The position numbers were made by a program, and so were the translations under genes. Shown here in pieces: positions 46,720 to 57,080 of a DNA stretch of 64,000 nt. The notes below the pieces were generated by a model that saw nothing but the letters and a program-made list of their open reading frames with translations, searched no databases and was not told where the DNA came from. The stretch comes from an uncultured virus (IMG/VR IMGVR_UViG_3300014205_000203) (taxonomy: Duplodnaviria; Heunggongvirae; Uroviricota; Caudoviricetes). The stretch lies in the IMG/VR virus record IMGVR_UViG_3300014205_000203. The stretch is one strand, 5' to 3'. How positions within the stretch are numbered: the first letter of the stretch is position 1; the number at the start of each line of letters is the position of its first letter.

Positions 46720-49700
46720 TTATGAAAACAAACAATCAATTAAATTTTTTATCCCGTATAACTGGTTTTTTATTTCCTCATACTCTTGCCGGTTGCCTTC
46801 GGTTGTTCCTGCTAAAGTAAAGAGATCGGTTATCAACATGGTTTGCATATTGATATCCGGTTTCATTATTTCATTGAGCCGGGTTGTCTTTTCTTTTTCA
46901 AGAACATTAATTTTTTCAGCCAGATTTGCTTCGGATTGTTCTATTCGCTTTGCGTTAACGTCTTCCCCTGCAATAATCTGTTCTCCTTCTTGAATGGATC
47001 TTGCAGCAGTGTCCGGGCTTTCCGCATTGCGTTCAATATCCTCGATAATTGTATCGTCCTCCTCAATTTGTTCGGTGTTATTGATAAAGGCGTCAACTTG
47101 TTGTTCTGTAATGTTTCCATTGTCAATTTCAGTTTGAATATTATCGAATAGGCTTAGTATTCCTTTATTGGCTTCGCTGATTGCGCCTTTCTTTTCTTTC
47201 AGCTTTATATAATCCTGCTGCATCCTGCTAAGAATAGCATTATCAGGGACCAACTTTTCTGCAACTTCCTGTGGGGTTAATTGTGCCTCGTTATACTTGG
47301 TCTGTTTGTCCGCAATTATTTTTTGTTGGTCCTTTATCTGCTTTTCTTTATCCGATAGCTGTTGTTCGTAGGTTTCATCCACGTAAGATTTTGTTGCCTT
47401 ATGCGCCAGATTAAGTGGGTTTTCAGCATTAAAATCAAAACCAGAAACAACATTGTTAATCCGGCTACTGATCTCAGCCAGATTCTTAATTTTAGAATAG
47501 GCACCATCCTTTAACCAGTCAAATATTTCATTCTCATGCTCATTGGTAAGCTGGGGGAACTGCTGCCGTACTTCGCCGGTCCATCGGGCCATCTGCAATG
47601 AATTGGCTTTACTCTTGGTATCACCTTCCTGTCCCAATGCCTTTAAAAATGCAATAGCCTTACCATTAGGGTTTAAATAAGACAGGGCAATGATGGTGGG
47701 TGCATTTCTACCCTCGTACTCTTTAGCCTCATTTAAAATCGCTCTGGATGATGTACCATGCAATCTTGCTTCACGATAGTAGTTAGCCCTTTCAATTGGT
47801 GTTTCTTTAGTGGAAAGAGTATTGGAGCGCAAAGCAATGGCAATAGCATCTTCCTTGCTACCTTCAAATATTTCTGCCGGGATGGTATCAAAGCCAGCGT
47901 AGCCACGTATGGTTAACTGCTTAAATGCTTCAAAACGGGAATGGCCGGAAAGAACATAAAGCTGGCCGTTGTTTTTCCAAAGTGTAATCGGGTCGAACTC
48001 TGTCCAGGTAAAAGTATCTTCCTGCACCGCTTTTAAAATCTTATCAACACTTTCCTGACTAAATTCTGTTTCACGATTTTGGAATGATGATGTGTCGGTG
48101 CTTATGGAAGTAAGAGGAACATCAACAATTTTTATTCGCTGGGAACCAGGTGTTACTTCGGGTTTATTTATTTCAAGAAAATCGGCAGACAACAAATTAA
48201 TTTGTTTATCGAGATCAATATTCTTTACAATCTTATCTTCTGTTTGATTTTTAGCATCGAATATTTCAGTTACTTGAAATTCCTTGTTAGTTTCTACAAA
48301 CGATTTACTTCCAAACCTGCCTCCTTTTTTTATGTTTTCTTTTAAAGAATTAATATCTTCCTTATCTACCCAATAATATGTAGTGAAAAAATTATACCCA
48401 ATTTCATACGAACTTACCTTAGAAAACGGCTCTATTAATTCATTAGTTGCATACCCCCCCTCTGCCACTACGTAACCATCTTTAAAAGGAACAATAGTTA
48501 CTACGCCTTTTACATCTCTCATTTCGTTTATCGTTTCCGATAAATTTTGCAATTTGTCGTTTGTAGATGGTAGCCCTATTTCTTTTAAAATTGATGTCAA
48601 ATCTTTATCAGCAGCATCATTATTTTGTTTTGCCTTTGCAGTTTTTATTTTTGGTACTGGCTTCTCTATCTCTGCTTCCAAATTTTCATCCTCAATATTT
48701 GATACAACATTTCCTTCACCACGTATCAGTCTATCTTCATTATCAATTTGTATTAATCTTACAATACCATTTTTGCCTTTATCAACGCCTTCTACAACCC
48801 ATCTATTCTTGCCCCAGGTAAATGTACTTCCCCTTTGAGGATTTGGCACTCCTTGTTTTTGAACAGTGGTAGAATCGGTAGATAATGTTACAAAGCTATC
48901 AGCATAACCGATACTTGGATATGATTTATCTTCTTCTATTGCTCTCGGATTATCTATTAAATCCTGAACAGTTAAAATAGGAGGCTGACCATCTTTATAA
49001 TAATAAAATTGCTTTCCAGCTTTTGGTTTTATAAGTTTTACTTCTTCTATTTCCAGTTCTTCATACCTATCAGTAAGTTGCTGTACTCTTTTATCATAAG
49101 AATCTTTCAGTTCTTCAATCCTTTCCTGTTTAAACAAATCAGAACTGTTTTCAATTTCAGTTTTCCTTTTATTGAAAATATTTTTTGCTTTGGTTAAAGC
49201 CCGTTTTTTCTTTTCTTCTATGGGTAGCCGGGTATCTACATTATAAGGAACCCTAAACACTTGACCTTCTTCTGAAATTTCACCACTGGCTAATTTTTCA
49301 ATATAATCAATTCCGATTTTCATACCTTCCCCCACTCTCCTATCCATTTGCCCCAACAACCATTCTTTTCTTGATGGCAATTTTTCTGCTGCGGCCTTTA
49401 CTCTTGCAATTTCTTCTGGCGTGTACAATAAAGGTGCAGCTTCCCTTTTTTCGGCTTTCTCTTTTAAATAATTTTCGTACTTGCCAGATTGATTTATAAT
49501 ATTAACATTCATCCCGGCACTGTACTTACTCATGTACACCTTTTTATCAATTATTTCATAATTGATCTTTTTTAATTGTGGTTCAGCTTTAGCATTATCA
49601 ATAGCTTCGTCTTTTGAAAAACCTTCGGAAAGTATTTTGCCAGTAGCAACTTCTACTACTTTCCAATTCATGCCAGTATCTTCTTTACCTACAACCGTAT

Positions 49701-52700
49701 CAAGGTGTTCCAACCCTTCAATTTCAACAGGAGTAGCTTTAAACGTGGTGCCATCAGCAAGATTATAGGATTGAGATTTAATCCCTTTTTTTGCCTTTAA
49801 TTGTTCCAGTTTTGATAATTTCTTACTTTCTGGTTTTGCTGGCTGCTGTTCTATTTTTTTAAAAGTAACGCCGCTTTCAGTTCCGAAAGATTCCATATCA
49901 TAATCAGTAGTATAGCCAGCTTCTTCTAACTTTTGCTGAAACTCTGTTTTGTCGTTAGCATCTCCATACTGATCTACTATATCTTTTACATTCTGTGGCA
50001 AATCTTCATATTCAATATCTTCGGATTCTTCTTTTGGCTCTGCATATTTTTTGTTTTTTTCCAGTCCCAATTCAAGAAGTTGGATATGTTTATCAATACC
50101 AACAATACCAGCAATATCAATAGATGGGTCCGTTAATCTTTCCTCCTGATACTTAATGGCATTTTCAATTTGTTCTGTGCTATTCTTAGCAATCAGGTTT
50201 ACAGTCAGTTCTTCATCATCAAATTGATTTCTAAAACTGTCCGGGGCTTGTAGGGCTTGTTCTTTTAATTCACTTATGCTGGGCTGTTCGTAATTTTTAA
50301 CCTGCTTTTCTTTTACTTTATCTATTAATTCAGCATCGGAAGGGATGCTTTCTTCTTGTTTGCTATCTTCCGCTTTTTTAGTGGAGATGAAAGAATCTGC
50401 GCTTAAATATCCTGCATTAAATTCTTTTGGAATAGATAACTTACCCTTGTCGTCAATGTGATTATTTTCTACCAGCCAGTTTTCAAATTTTTCGTCAAGC
50501 GTTTTGCCTGACATTTTATCCAATTCGGCTTTAGGAACAGAAATAATTGCAACACTATTGTTGTTCAAATCTCTATGAACAACTTCTCCGTTCATCAATC
50601 TTTCTACCTGGTTAGTTACATTATCCTTACCGGAAGCGGTTAATGTACTTGATATGCCGGTTCCTAAAGAAACAGACATACCATTTTCGGTTATGCTTTT
50701 GGCATTTTCTTCTGTGGTTACGTGAGTGAATAAATAATTATCTTCAGCCAGACCACCTACATATTCTTTTACTTTATCCTTTCCTTTTATTGCATTTGCA
50801 TTATCGTCAATACCTCCAATATCTCTAATTTTTTGCTGCGCTTCTTCATCACCAGCGACAACAAAATTATGGTCCTCTGGCTCCTTTTCTGCGGTAGCTA
50901 AAAATTCATCCCGGCTGACTGCTTTATCATCAATGGTGTATTCAGGTACTTCCGGTTGTTCCTCTGAAAGACCAATGATTTGCTTTCTGTATTCCTGCTG
51001 TTTGGCAATTTTATCTTTCCAAATTTCTTTAGTGGCAGCATCGGTGGTGGAAGACATTTGTTTTTCCATGTATGCCTCGGTAACACGGCTCCAAATGTAA
51101 TTTGCCTTTTCAGTAGTGTTTAAATCTGCGCCGGATGCTTTCTTAGGAACTTCTGCGTTTGCTACTGCAGCCGTATTAATAAGCTGAATTTGTTGGGTGG
51201 CATATTCCTGCGAAATGGCTCCCTGGGCAACGGATCTGTTAAGATCATCAACCATTGCCTGACGGTTCTGTGCAGCAACCAGAAGACTACCTTTTGAAAA
51301 ACTGTTTGCTTTGGCAGCACCAATCCCATTTAACAATGCAGGAACGGCCATAGATAACCCTGTTTGATATGCGGTAGTCATTAACTCCTTTTTCAAATCA
51401 CGGTTCTTAAAACTGTCCGCCTCGGGGTTTAAATACATATTGGTAACATAGTCTGAAATCTGTGTTACCATTTCTTCCCCAATCTCGGCACCGGAAACTT
51501 TAGCAGTAGCAGCTACACCTTTTACAAATTTTCCCACATATTCTTTTAATGCACTGGGGTCATTTTTTAAAGATTTGTCAGACAAAATTTTAAGAAGGTC
51601 CTTTGTCTGGTTTTTTGAAAACTTACTGTATATGCCTCGGGCAATATCAAGAGGACTTAAAAATAATTCGGTAGCGCCTTCCATTGAAGCATTGAAAGCT
51701 GCGGCTTTTTTAGCTAATGAATTATCGCTGGTATAACTCAATGCTGCTTTCAAATTTCCATCGTATGACATTGCATAAGATGTTGTAAAAACAGAAAGAG
51801 GATCTTTTATGTTTGATAAAAACTTACCGGCTGCAATGTTTGCTGTTGCATCATCAAAAGGAATAACAACCCTCATATTGGCAGCTTTGGCATTGGCAAG
51901 CAATTCAACCCCTGCCTTACCCATAAGACCTTCAGATAAAGCACCAATAACGCCACTGGTTCCGTACATAATAGCAGCCTGTGTAGCAAACTGGCCGGTT
52001 CCTTTTAAAACATCGTTCATCACACCTCTTACACCGGCATCTTCGGATTCTAACCTTTTTTTGGCAACATCAACATTCCCGGCTGATTGTGATTCGGCAT
52101 ATACTGTATTGGAAGAACGGGAAATATCTTTTATAGTTTTTGAAATTCCAACAATGGGTTCAATAAGCCCTTCTCCCAGTTCACGGAAACCGCCAGCTTT
52201 GGCAATACTGTTTTCCCCGATCATCACCCCTTCATTATCCTGTAAAAATTTTATAGCTGCTTGTGCCTGGGCACTATTGGGGTCAATGCCTTGTTCTTTT
52301 AAATATTGTTCGGATGCCCATTTAATTTGTTCTGGCGAATAACTCCACGTATGCCCCAACATAAAGTCAGAAGCAATTCCCTGTGGAGAAGGATTGCCAA
52401 CCTGTTTTATTTTTCCTATTTCATCCAACTTGTTAGCCACACCATCTGCAATGAATCCACGTAACACTTCTGGATTATCAAGAATATTTTTTTTGCGTGT
52501 TTCCAGAAGTTGAGTAGCTTTTTTAGCAAAAGCACCATCAATAGCATTTACTTTTTCTATTAATGGTTTGGATTGATTAACAATATCATTGTATTGTTTT
52601 ATTTTACTTTGATAATCTTGTGTTTGTTGTGGAGATAATGGCTGTTTTGCCTTTATCATTTCTACGTACTTATCAATATCAGGTTTGATGGTATTAAGGA

Positions 52701-53718
52701 TTTTACCAACCTCGTCAAACTTTTGTCTTTCCTGTGGAGTAACGGGAGATTTAAGCATATCCCGTTTCAATTTTGCTTCCTCAATATTCAATCCCAGGTT
52801 AGTAATCTTTGCTTCCTGACTTGCACTAATCGGCAATCCGTTAGCAATAGCATCCTGTACCCTTTCATATTCTGCAGGTTCAGTAAGTTTCAGCATGTTA
52901 ACGCCTGTCAAAAACTGGGAAGGAACTTTTTTGAGTTTATCCTCTGTTTCTTTTACTTTTAAATTGACACCTTTAATCGGCTGATTTAAAGTAATAAGGT
53001 CAGACATGAACTGATTGAAACTATTGCCTATTTCATTTGTACGCCTGTTAATTTCAATTTCCTTATCACCATTAACGACCAGTTCCGTTGCTGCTTTTCT
53101 CTTTAAATTTTGAACTTCTAAAAGATCTTTTTCGGCATCTTCTTCCTGTTTAGATTTTCTGCTGGCACGTTGGCCTTGTCTTGCAATACGATAAGCATCC
53201 AATTGTGATTTTAATGTATTTTCAACATTAACTGCATTATCGTATTCAATCTCCATAGCCGTTTTTGCTCTTGGAGTAATGTATTGGCTTCCCGGCATCA
53301 AATCAAATGGCTTTTCAATAGCAGTAGGGGTAGGAGCAACTCTATGCTTTACTAAAAGAGTATTTAATTTTTGTTGATCTTCCGGTCTAAATAATATTTC
53401 GGGAGTTTTATCACGTTTTGCTTCTGCCTCATTTATCGCCTTCACTGGGTTTAATGGGTTGTCTTCCCACTTTAGCGCCGGGGTTGTCGTAGATGTTGTA
53501 CCAGGTACAGCGCCAGCCGCAGAACCTTCGGACGGATTCGTAGATGCTTCGGCACCATCTTTTTTTTTTAATGACCCTTTTGCGGCAGCATCCAATATAG
53601 ATGCGAGTTCTGGCTCTACTTTTCCAGTACTACCTTTCTTCTTGGGTTCGGCTCCGGTTTTACCAGCAGCTTTGTCAAGTATTTTATTCAGGTCTATATC
53701 GTCTTTCTTTACCGACAT
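46720..53718 (-). CDS. Large polyvalent protein with a ParB-like and a possible ART-like domain (putative cargo)
   Basis: 2332 aa. PITLWK...YVLSGHSRFEA is ParB/Srx-like. LFTHVTT...ITENGM is an ART-like start (weak). Confidence 0.65.
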   Translation of the reverse strand: MSVKKDDIDLNKILDKAAGKTGAEPKKKGSTGKVEPELASILDAAAKGSLKKKDGAEASTNPSEGSAAGAVPGTTSTTTPALKWEDNPLNPVKAINEAEAKRDKTPEILFRPEDQQKLNTLLVKHRVAPTPTAIEKPFDLMPGSQYITPRAKTAMEIEYDNAVNVENTLKSQLDAYRIARQGQRASRKSKQEEDAEKDLLEVQNLKRKAATELVVNGDKEIEINRRTNEIGNSFNQFMSDLITLNQPIKGVNLKVKETEDKLKKVPSQFLTGVNMLKLTEPAEYERVQDAIANGLPISASQEAKITNLGLNIEEAKLKRDMLKSPVTPQERQKFDEVGKILNTIKPDIDKYVEMIKAKQPLSPQQTQDYQSKIKQYNDIVNQSKPLIEKVNAIDGAFAKKATQLLETRKKNILDNPEVLRGFIADGVANKLDEIGKIKQVGNPSPQGIASDFMLGHTWSYSPEQIKWASEQYLKEQGIDPNSAQAQAAIKFLQDNEGVMIGENSIAKAGGFRELGEGLIEPIVGISKTIKDISRSSNTVYAESQSAGNVDVAKKRLESEDAGVRGVMNDVLKGTGQFATQAAIMYGTSGVIGALSEGLMGKAGVELLANAKAANMRVVIPFDDATANIAAGKFLSNIKDPLSVFTTSYAMSYDGNLKAALSYTSDNSLAKKAAAFNASMEGATELFLSPLDIARGIYSKFSKNQTKDLLKILSDKSLKNDPSALKEYVGKFVKGVAATAKVSGAEIGEEMVTQISDYVTNMYLNPEADSFKNRDLKKELMTTAYQTGLSMAVPALLNGIGAAKANSFSKGSLLVAAQNRQAMVDDLNRSVAQGAISQEYATQQIQLINTAAVANAEVPKKASGADLNTTEKANYIWSRVTEAYMEKQMSSTTDAATKEIWKDKIAKQQEYRKQIIGLSEEQPEVPEYTIDDKAVSRDEFLATAEKEPEDHNFVVAGDEEAQQKIRDIGGIDDNANAIKGKDKVKEYVGGLAEDNYLFTHVTTEENAKSITENGMSVSLGTGISSTLTASGKDNVTNQVERLMNGEVVHRDLNNNSVAIISVPKAELDKMSGKTLDEKFENWLVENNHIDDKGKLSIPKEFNAGYLSADSFISTKKAEDSKQEESIPSDAELIDKVKEKQVKNYEQPSISELKEQALQAPDSFRNQFDDEELTVNLIAKNSTEQIENAIKYQEERLTDPSIDIAGIVGIDKHIQLLELGLEKNKKYAEPKEESEDIEYEDLPQNVKDIVDQYGDANDKTEFQQKLEEAGYTTDYDMESFGTESGVTFKKIEQQPAKPESKKLSKLEQLKAKKGIKSQSYNLADGTTFKATPVEIEGLEHLDTVVGKEDTGMNWKVVEVATGKILSEGFSKDEAIDNAKAEPQLKKINYEIIDKKVYMSKYSAGMNVNIINQSGKYENYLKEKAEKREAAPLLYTPEEIARVKAAAEKLPSRKEWLLGQMDRRVGEGMKIGIDYIEKLASGEISEEGQVFRVPYNVDTRLPIEEKKKRALTKAKNIFNKRKTEIENSSDLFKQERIEELKDSYDKRVQQLTDRYEELEIEEVKLIKPKAGKQFYYYKDGQPPILTVQDLIDNPRAIEEDKSYPSIGYADSFVTLSTDSTTVQKQGVPNPQRGSTFTWGKNRWVVEGVDKGKNGIVRLIQIDNEDRLIRGEGNVVSNIEDENLEAEIEKPVPKIKTAKAKQNNDAADKDLTSILKEIGLPSTNDKLQNLSETINEMRDVKGVVTIVPFKDGYVVAEGGYATNELIEPFSKVSSYEIGYNFFTTYYWVDKEDINSLKENIKKGGRFGSKSFVETNKEFQVTEIFDAKNQTEDKIVKNIDLDKQINLLSADFLEINKPEVTPGSQRIKIVDVPLTSISTDTSSFQNRETEFSQESVDKILKAVQEDTFTWTEFDPITLWKNNGQLYVLSGHSRFEAFKQLTIRGYAGFDTIPAEIFEGSKEDAIAIALRSNTLSTKETPIERANYYREARLHGTSSRAILNEAKEYEGRNAPTIIALSYLNPNGKAIAFLKALGQEGDTKSKANSLQMARWTGEVRQQFPQLTNEHENEIFDWLKDGAYSKIKNLAEISSRINNVVSGFDFNAENPLNLAHKATKSYVDETYEQQLSDKEKQIKDQQKIIADKQTKYNEAQLTPQEVAEKLVPDNAILSRMQQDYIKLKEKKGAISEANKGILSLFDNIQTEIDNGNITEQQVDAFINNTEQIEEDDTIIEDIERNAESPDTAARSIQEGEQIIAGEDVNAKRIEQSEANLAEKINVLEKEKTTRLNEIMKPDINMQTMLITDLFTLAGTTEGNRQEYEEIKNQLYGIKNLIDCLFS

Positions 53719-55595
53719 TATTGTTCAGGATTTTCGCTATAAAATTCAGCCATATTTTTTGTACTGCCCAAAGATTTTTTCATGGCTTGTGTATGGAAAT
53801 TCTCATTTGTTGAGCCATTTTCTCCAACCAATTTTACATCATAATTTTTACGCCGTATCTGTGCTTTTATGTAATCATCAAGAGTATTAACACCGAGTTC
53901 TTTTCTTTGGGCTTCTGAGGTTGAACTAACAACGGCATCATACTGCTTACTCATTTCTGCCGGGGTTAATACCTTACCATTAAATTGATATTCCTGATTA
54001 TAATAACCTCCTTTGTAACCAACTACTTTTCCAAATGTAGCAGGATCTTTGGGGTCTTTTCCATAAATAGTTTCAGCACCAATTGGTTTCAGTATTTGAG
54101 GTTTTGCAGTTCCGTTTTTATCAGTAGCAAAAGTAAATACGGGAGTTGTTAACTGATTTGGTATTTGCGATAATGCGCCATTGGTTCCAACCAATTGTTG
54201 TTGAGTGTATAAGTTTTCCCTGTACCCATCCTCAATAAGTTTATCCTGCTGTGCCTTATCTTTCAGGTCTTTTACTTTTTGCCAATACCAACCAGATTTT
54301 GCATTTTCACCTTTTGCCTGGGCACCTTTTAATAAAATATCTGCTTTGTTCTTTGCATTTTCCATGTTGAGTTTAAAGGCATTTTCATCAAAAGATTTTT
54401 TGCCTTTTATAACATAGTCGCCTTTTACATTTGCCAGTGCAACTTTAGCATTGAACGTAGGTACATCATCCAGTATCACAACTTTATTACCTACCATTCG
54501 GTAATTTATTGCATTGGGATATTCGCCAGTATCTACTTCCCGTCCAACTGGGCTGTTTGGATTGTTCGGGTCTGGTGGTCCTGCTGGCCCAGGTACTTTT
54601 ATTGATGGTATTTCGTTGGCTTGGTCATGCTGTGCAAGTCTTTTATTCCATTCTTGTAACACATTTTTAGGAATATCAGAATCGGCACCTTGAAATATAT
54701 CGTAAATGCGCTGCTGATTAACCCTCCCAGGTTCATCACTAACATATTCTTTAGTTGTATTGCGAAGGAAAGTTTTATAATCCCATTTTTGGTCAGGCTC
54801 CGTAATAATAATAGGGAGTTCTCCATTCGGGCCTAATACAGCATCTTCGCCAGTTACAGGGATGGTCCCCTTTGTTTTTGCCGGACCGCCACCGCCGCCA
54901 GAAACAGCCGGTTTAGTTGTTGTTTGTGTAGTGGTTCCTTTTGGCCCTACTGTTTCTTTTGTTGTGGTAGAAGGAACATTTGCCGGTTTTCCACCTACAA
55001 GCAAACCGCCAGTTTGTGCGTTGGAAATCATTTTATCCAAATCCATTGTAAAAGCCTTCTGATAAGGTCTTATAGGATCTGTTTTAGGTCGGGCCATTTC
55101 TCTGGCTATATGATCATCAAGAGCCTTTTGTTCCTCCGGCAATGTAGCTTCTGACCGTAGCTGTCTTAATTTTTGAATAGCAACATATCTGGATTGAAGA
55201 ACTGCAGCTGCATCTTTTAATTTCTGGTGCTTTCTTACATAATCATCGTACTCAACATTTTGGCCGTTTTCGTTTGGCTCCATGCTTTTAACAGCAAGAA
55301 AAGCCTTACGGTCTTCGTTCTCTGCTTCTTTGAAATAATCCATATCCTCGGGAAGAATAGCACCAACAGCAACAGCATCTTCGGAAAGTCCTTGCAAAAG
55401 TTTGTCCTGTTGTTTGAGTTGATGGTCGTATTTCATTATTGCCCTCTGATGATCGTACAGACGAATATCATCGGCAGCTTTGTTCACCTGGTCTAATTCA
55501 ACGACGGGCACAGGAATATTTGTGTCCTGCCCCAATCCCATTTCGGCATCTGGCTTAATGCTTAATATTTCTGCACCGGTATTACGTTGCGCCAT
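53718..55595 (-). CDS. Putative internal virion/ejection protein
   Basis: 625 aa with coiled-coil and low-complexity linkers, in the cargo block. Confidence 0.5.
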   Translation of the reverse strand: MAQRNTGAEILSIKPDAEMGLGQDTNIPVPVVELDQVNKAADDIRLYDHQRAIMKYDHQLKQQDKLLQGLSEDAVAVGAILPEDMDYFKEAENEDRKAFLAVKSMEPNENGQNVEYDDYVRKHQKLKDAAAVLQSRYVAIQKLRQLRSEATLPEEQKALDDHIAREMARPKTDPIRPYQKAFTMDLDKMISNAQTGGLLVGGKPANVPSTTTKETVGPKGTTTQTTTKPAVSGGGGGPAKTKGTIPVTGEDAVLGPNGELPIIITEPDQKWDYKTFLRNTTKEYVSDEPGRVNQQRIYDIFQGADSDIPKNVLQEWNKRLAQHDQANEIPSIKVPGPAGPPDPNNPNSPVGREVDTGEYPNAINYRMVGNKVVILDDVPTFNAKVALANVKGDYVIKGKKSFDENAFKLNMENAKNKADILLKGAQAKGENAKSGWYWQKVKDLKDKAQQDKLIEDGYRENLYTQQQLVGTNGALSQIPNQLTTPVFTFATDKNGTAKPQILKPIGAETIYGKDPKDPATFGKVVGYKGGYYNQEYQFNGKVLTPAEMSKQYDAVVSSTSEAQRKELGVNTLDDYIKAQIRRKNYDVKLVGENGSTNENFHTQAMKKSLGSTKNMAEFYSENPEQ

Positions 55596-56581
55596 TATAA
55601 TTGTTTAAAGACTACATCAATTAATGAATAATCTACCCACAAATACCCATTTTCTCCCACGATAGAAGCATACGGAACTTCCTGTGCCAGAACACCTTCA
55701 AATCTTCCCGGTATTCCATGATACCCAAACTGGTAAACATTTAAACCGGAAGGGGAAGTACCAACTTTGGTTATGCTGTGTTTAAATCTTTTATCGCTGG
55801 GTATTCCTCCACCGCCACCGCCAGAAATACCGCCGCCTGGGAAGCCACCGCTACCGCCACCCGACATGCCACCACCCATTCCATAAGGCATTGGACCGCC
55901 ACCGCCACCACTTATGCCGCTACCCATACCGCCACCGCCAGAAATTGCACTGCGGTTACTTCCTCCCCAACTCCAAATATCAGAAGCGCCACCACCACCG
56001 CCGCCGCCAGAGTTTCCACCACCACCCATGCCGCCCATACCACCGAGTGAATCCATACCTTTTGCTGTTTGTGCCGCAGCAGCTTTTTTAGCTTCTCCTA
56101 CAGCTTTTATTTTATTGATGTAAGGACCATATTCATTTACTAACCAGTTCTTTTCTTCCTCTGCGGCCATGTTGTCAAGCTGCTTTAAATAATCATCCAC
56201 TTTCTTCATGCGTAAATTATCACGAATGACAGCCATTTGCTGCCGCCCCTGGGCACTATCACCATAAATATCACCGATATTATTTGCACTCGTTCCGCTT
56301 TTTAACATGGCAGAAATAGTAGAAGAAAGACTTCTATCCTCACTGTCATTATAGGCTTGGTCTGCTTCTGCGGATATTCCATTTGCAAGATCACTTCCGG
56401 TCAACAACAAAGCATCCCGGTCAAACTGGCTCGTTTTTTTAACCGGCTTTGTTTTTTCCAGATAATTAGCTTCTGCATTGGCTTTGGTTAAATTAACCTG
56501 ACCAGCAACCATGTTATACCCGGCAATAGCCATCCCTAACATATTACCGCCACCGGCCCCGCCTCCTGATGCTCCTGGCAT
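55595..56581 (-). CDS. Gly-rich putative ejection/pilot protein with a C-terminal S74-like autoproteolytic chaperone domain
   Basis: Poly-Gly/Met tract, then SDKRFK...GVLAQEV...VDYS. Confidence 0.65.
   Translation of the reverse strand: MPGASGGGAGGGNMLGMAIAGYNMVAGQVNLTKANAEANYLEKTKPVKKTSQFDRDALLLTGSDLANGISAEADQAYNDSEDRSLSSTISAMLKSGTSANNIGDIYGDSAQGRQQMAVIRDNLRMKKVDDYLKQLDNMAAEEEKNWLVNEYGPYINKIKAVGEAKKAAAAQTAKGMDSLGGMGGMGGGGNSGGGGGGGASDIWSWGGSNRSAISGGGGMGSGISGGGGGPMPYGMGGGMSGGGSGGFPGGGISGGGGGGIPSDKRFKHSITKVGTSPSGLNVYQFGYHGIPGRFEGVLAQEVPYASIVGENGYLWVDYSLIDVVFKQL
55800..56050. repeat. Low-complexity (GGC/GGT)n Gly-coding tract
   Basis: Repeated ccaccgccaccgcc units on the + strand. Confidence 0.8.
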
Positions 56582-56585
56582 AGCT

Positions 56586-57080
56586 TTAATTTTTTCTGTT
56601 AAATAAATAAATTACCTTTTCTTCTTCACTAAATTCTTCCAAACCGTTGCGAAGAAAGAAATTTATAGCCCGTGTGTTTTCTTTATACAAACATACCATA
56701 AATCCTTCTTTGAAAACAATCTCCTTCAACCACTTTAACCATTCCAGTACAATTGCGCTCTGACGACAATAAACATTTATACCAAATGAATAAAGTAATT
56801 TTTCTGAAATTACAGTAAATCCAATAGCGGTATCATTGGTATAGATGCCATATAATTTTACTTCTTTAGTTTGTGCCAGTTCATCAATATTTTTCAAATT
56901 ATTCAAGATCATTTCCTCCGTATTAGAATCCTGAAAATGATATTTATTGATAAGATCTTCATCTTCCTTTAAAGCAATGGAAACCAGTTCCAACAATTCT
57001 TCTCTTTTAACCTTCTTTATTGAGAAAGGAATAATGCCGGATTTTGGCTCGTAAGCATCAATGTTTGTCGATGTTGTCAT
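56586..57080 (-). CDS. GNAT-family acetyltransferase-like protein
   Basis: AIGF...SFGINVYCRQ...ENTRAINFFLRNGL. Confidence 0.7.
   Translation of the reverse strand: MTTSTNIDAYEPKSGIIPFSIKKVKREELLELVSIALKEDEDLINKYHFQDSNTEEMILNNLKNIDELAQTKEVKLYGIYTNDTAIGFTVISEKLLYSFGINVYCRQSAIVLEWLKWLKEIVFKEGFMVCLYKENTRAINFFLRNGLEEFSEEEKVIYLFNRKN

Noticed and set aside
33746..56123. Numerous short + strand ORFs opposite the giant genes
   Set aside because: They are antisense shadows with biased composition and no leaders or motifs.
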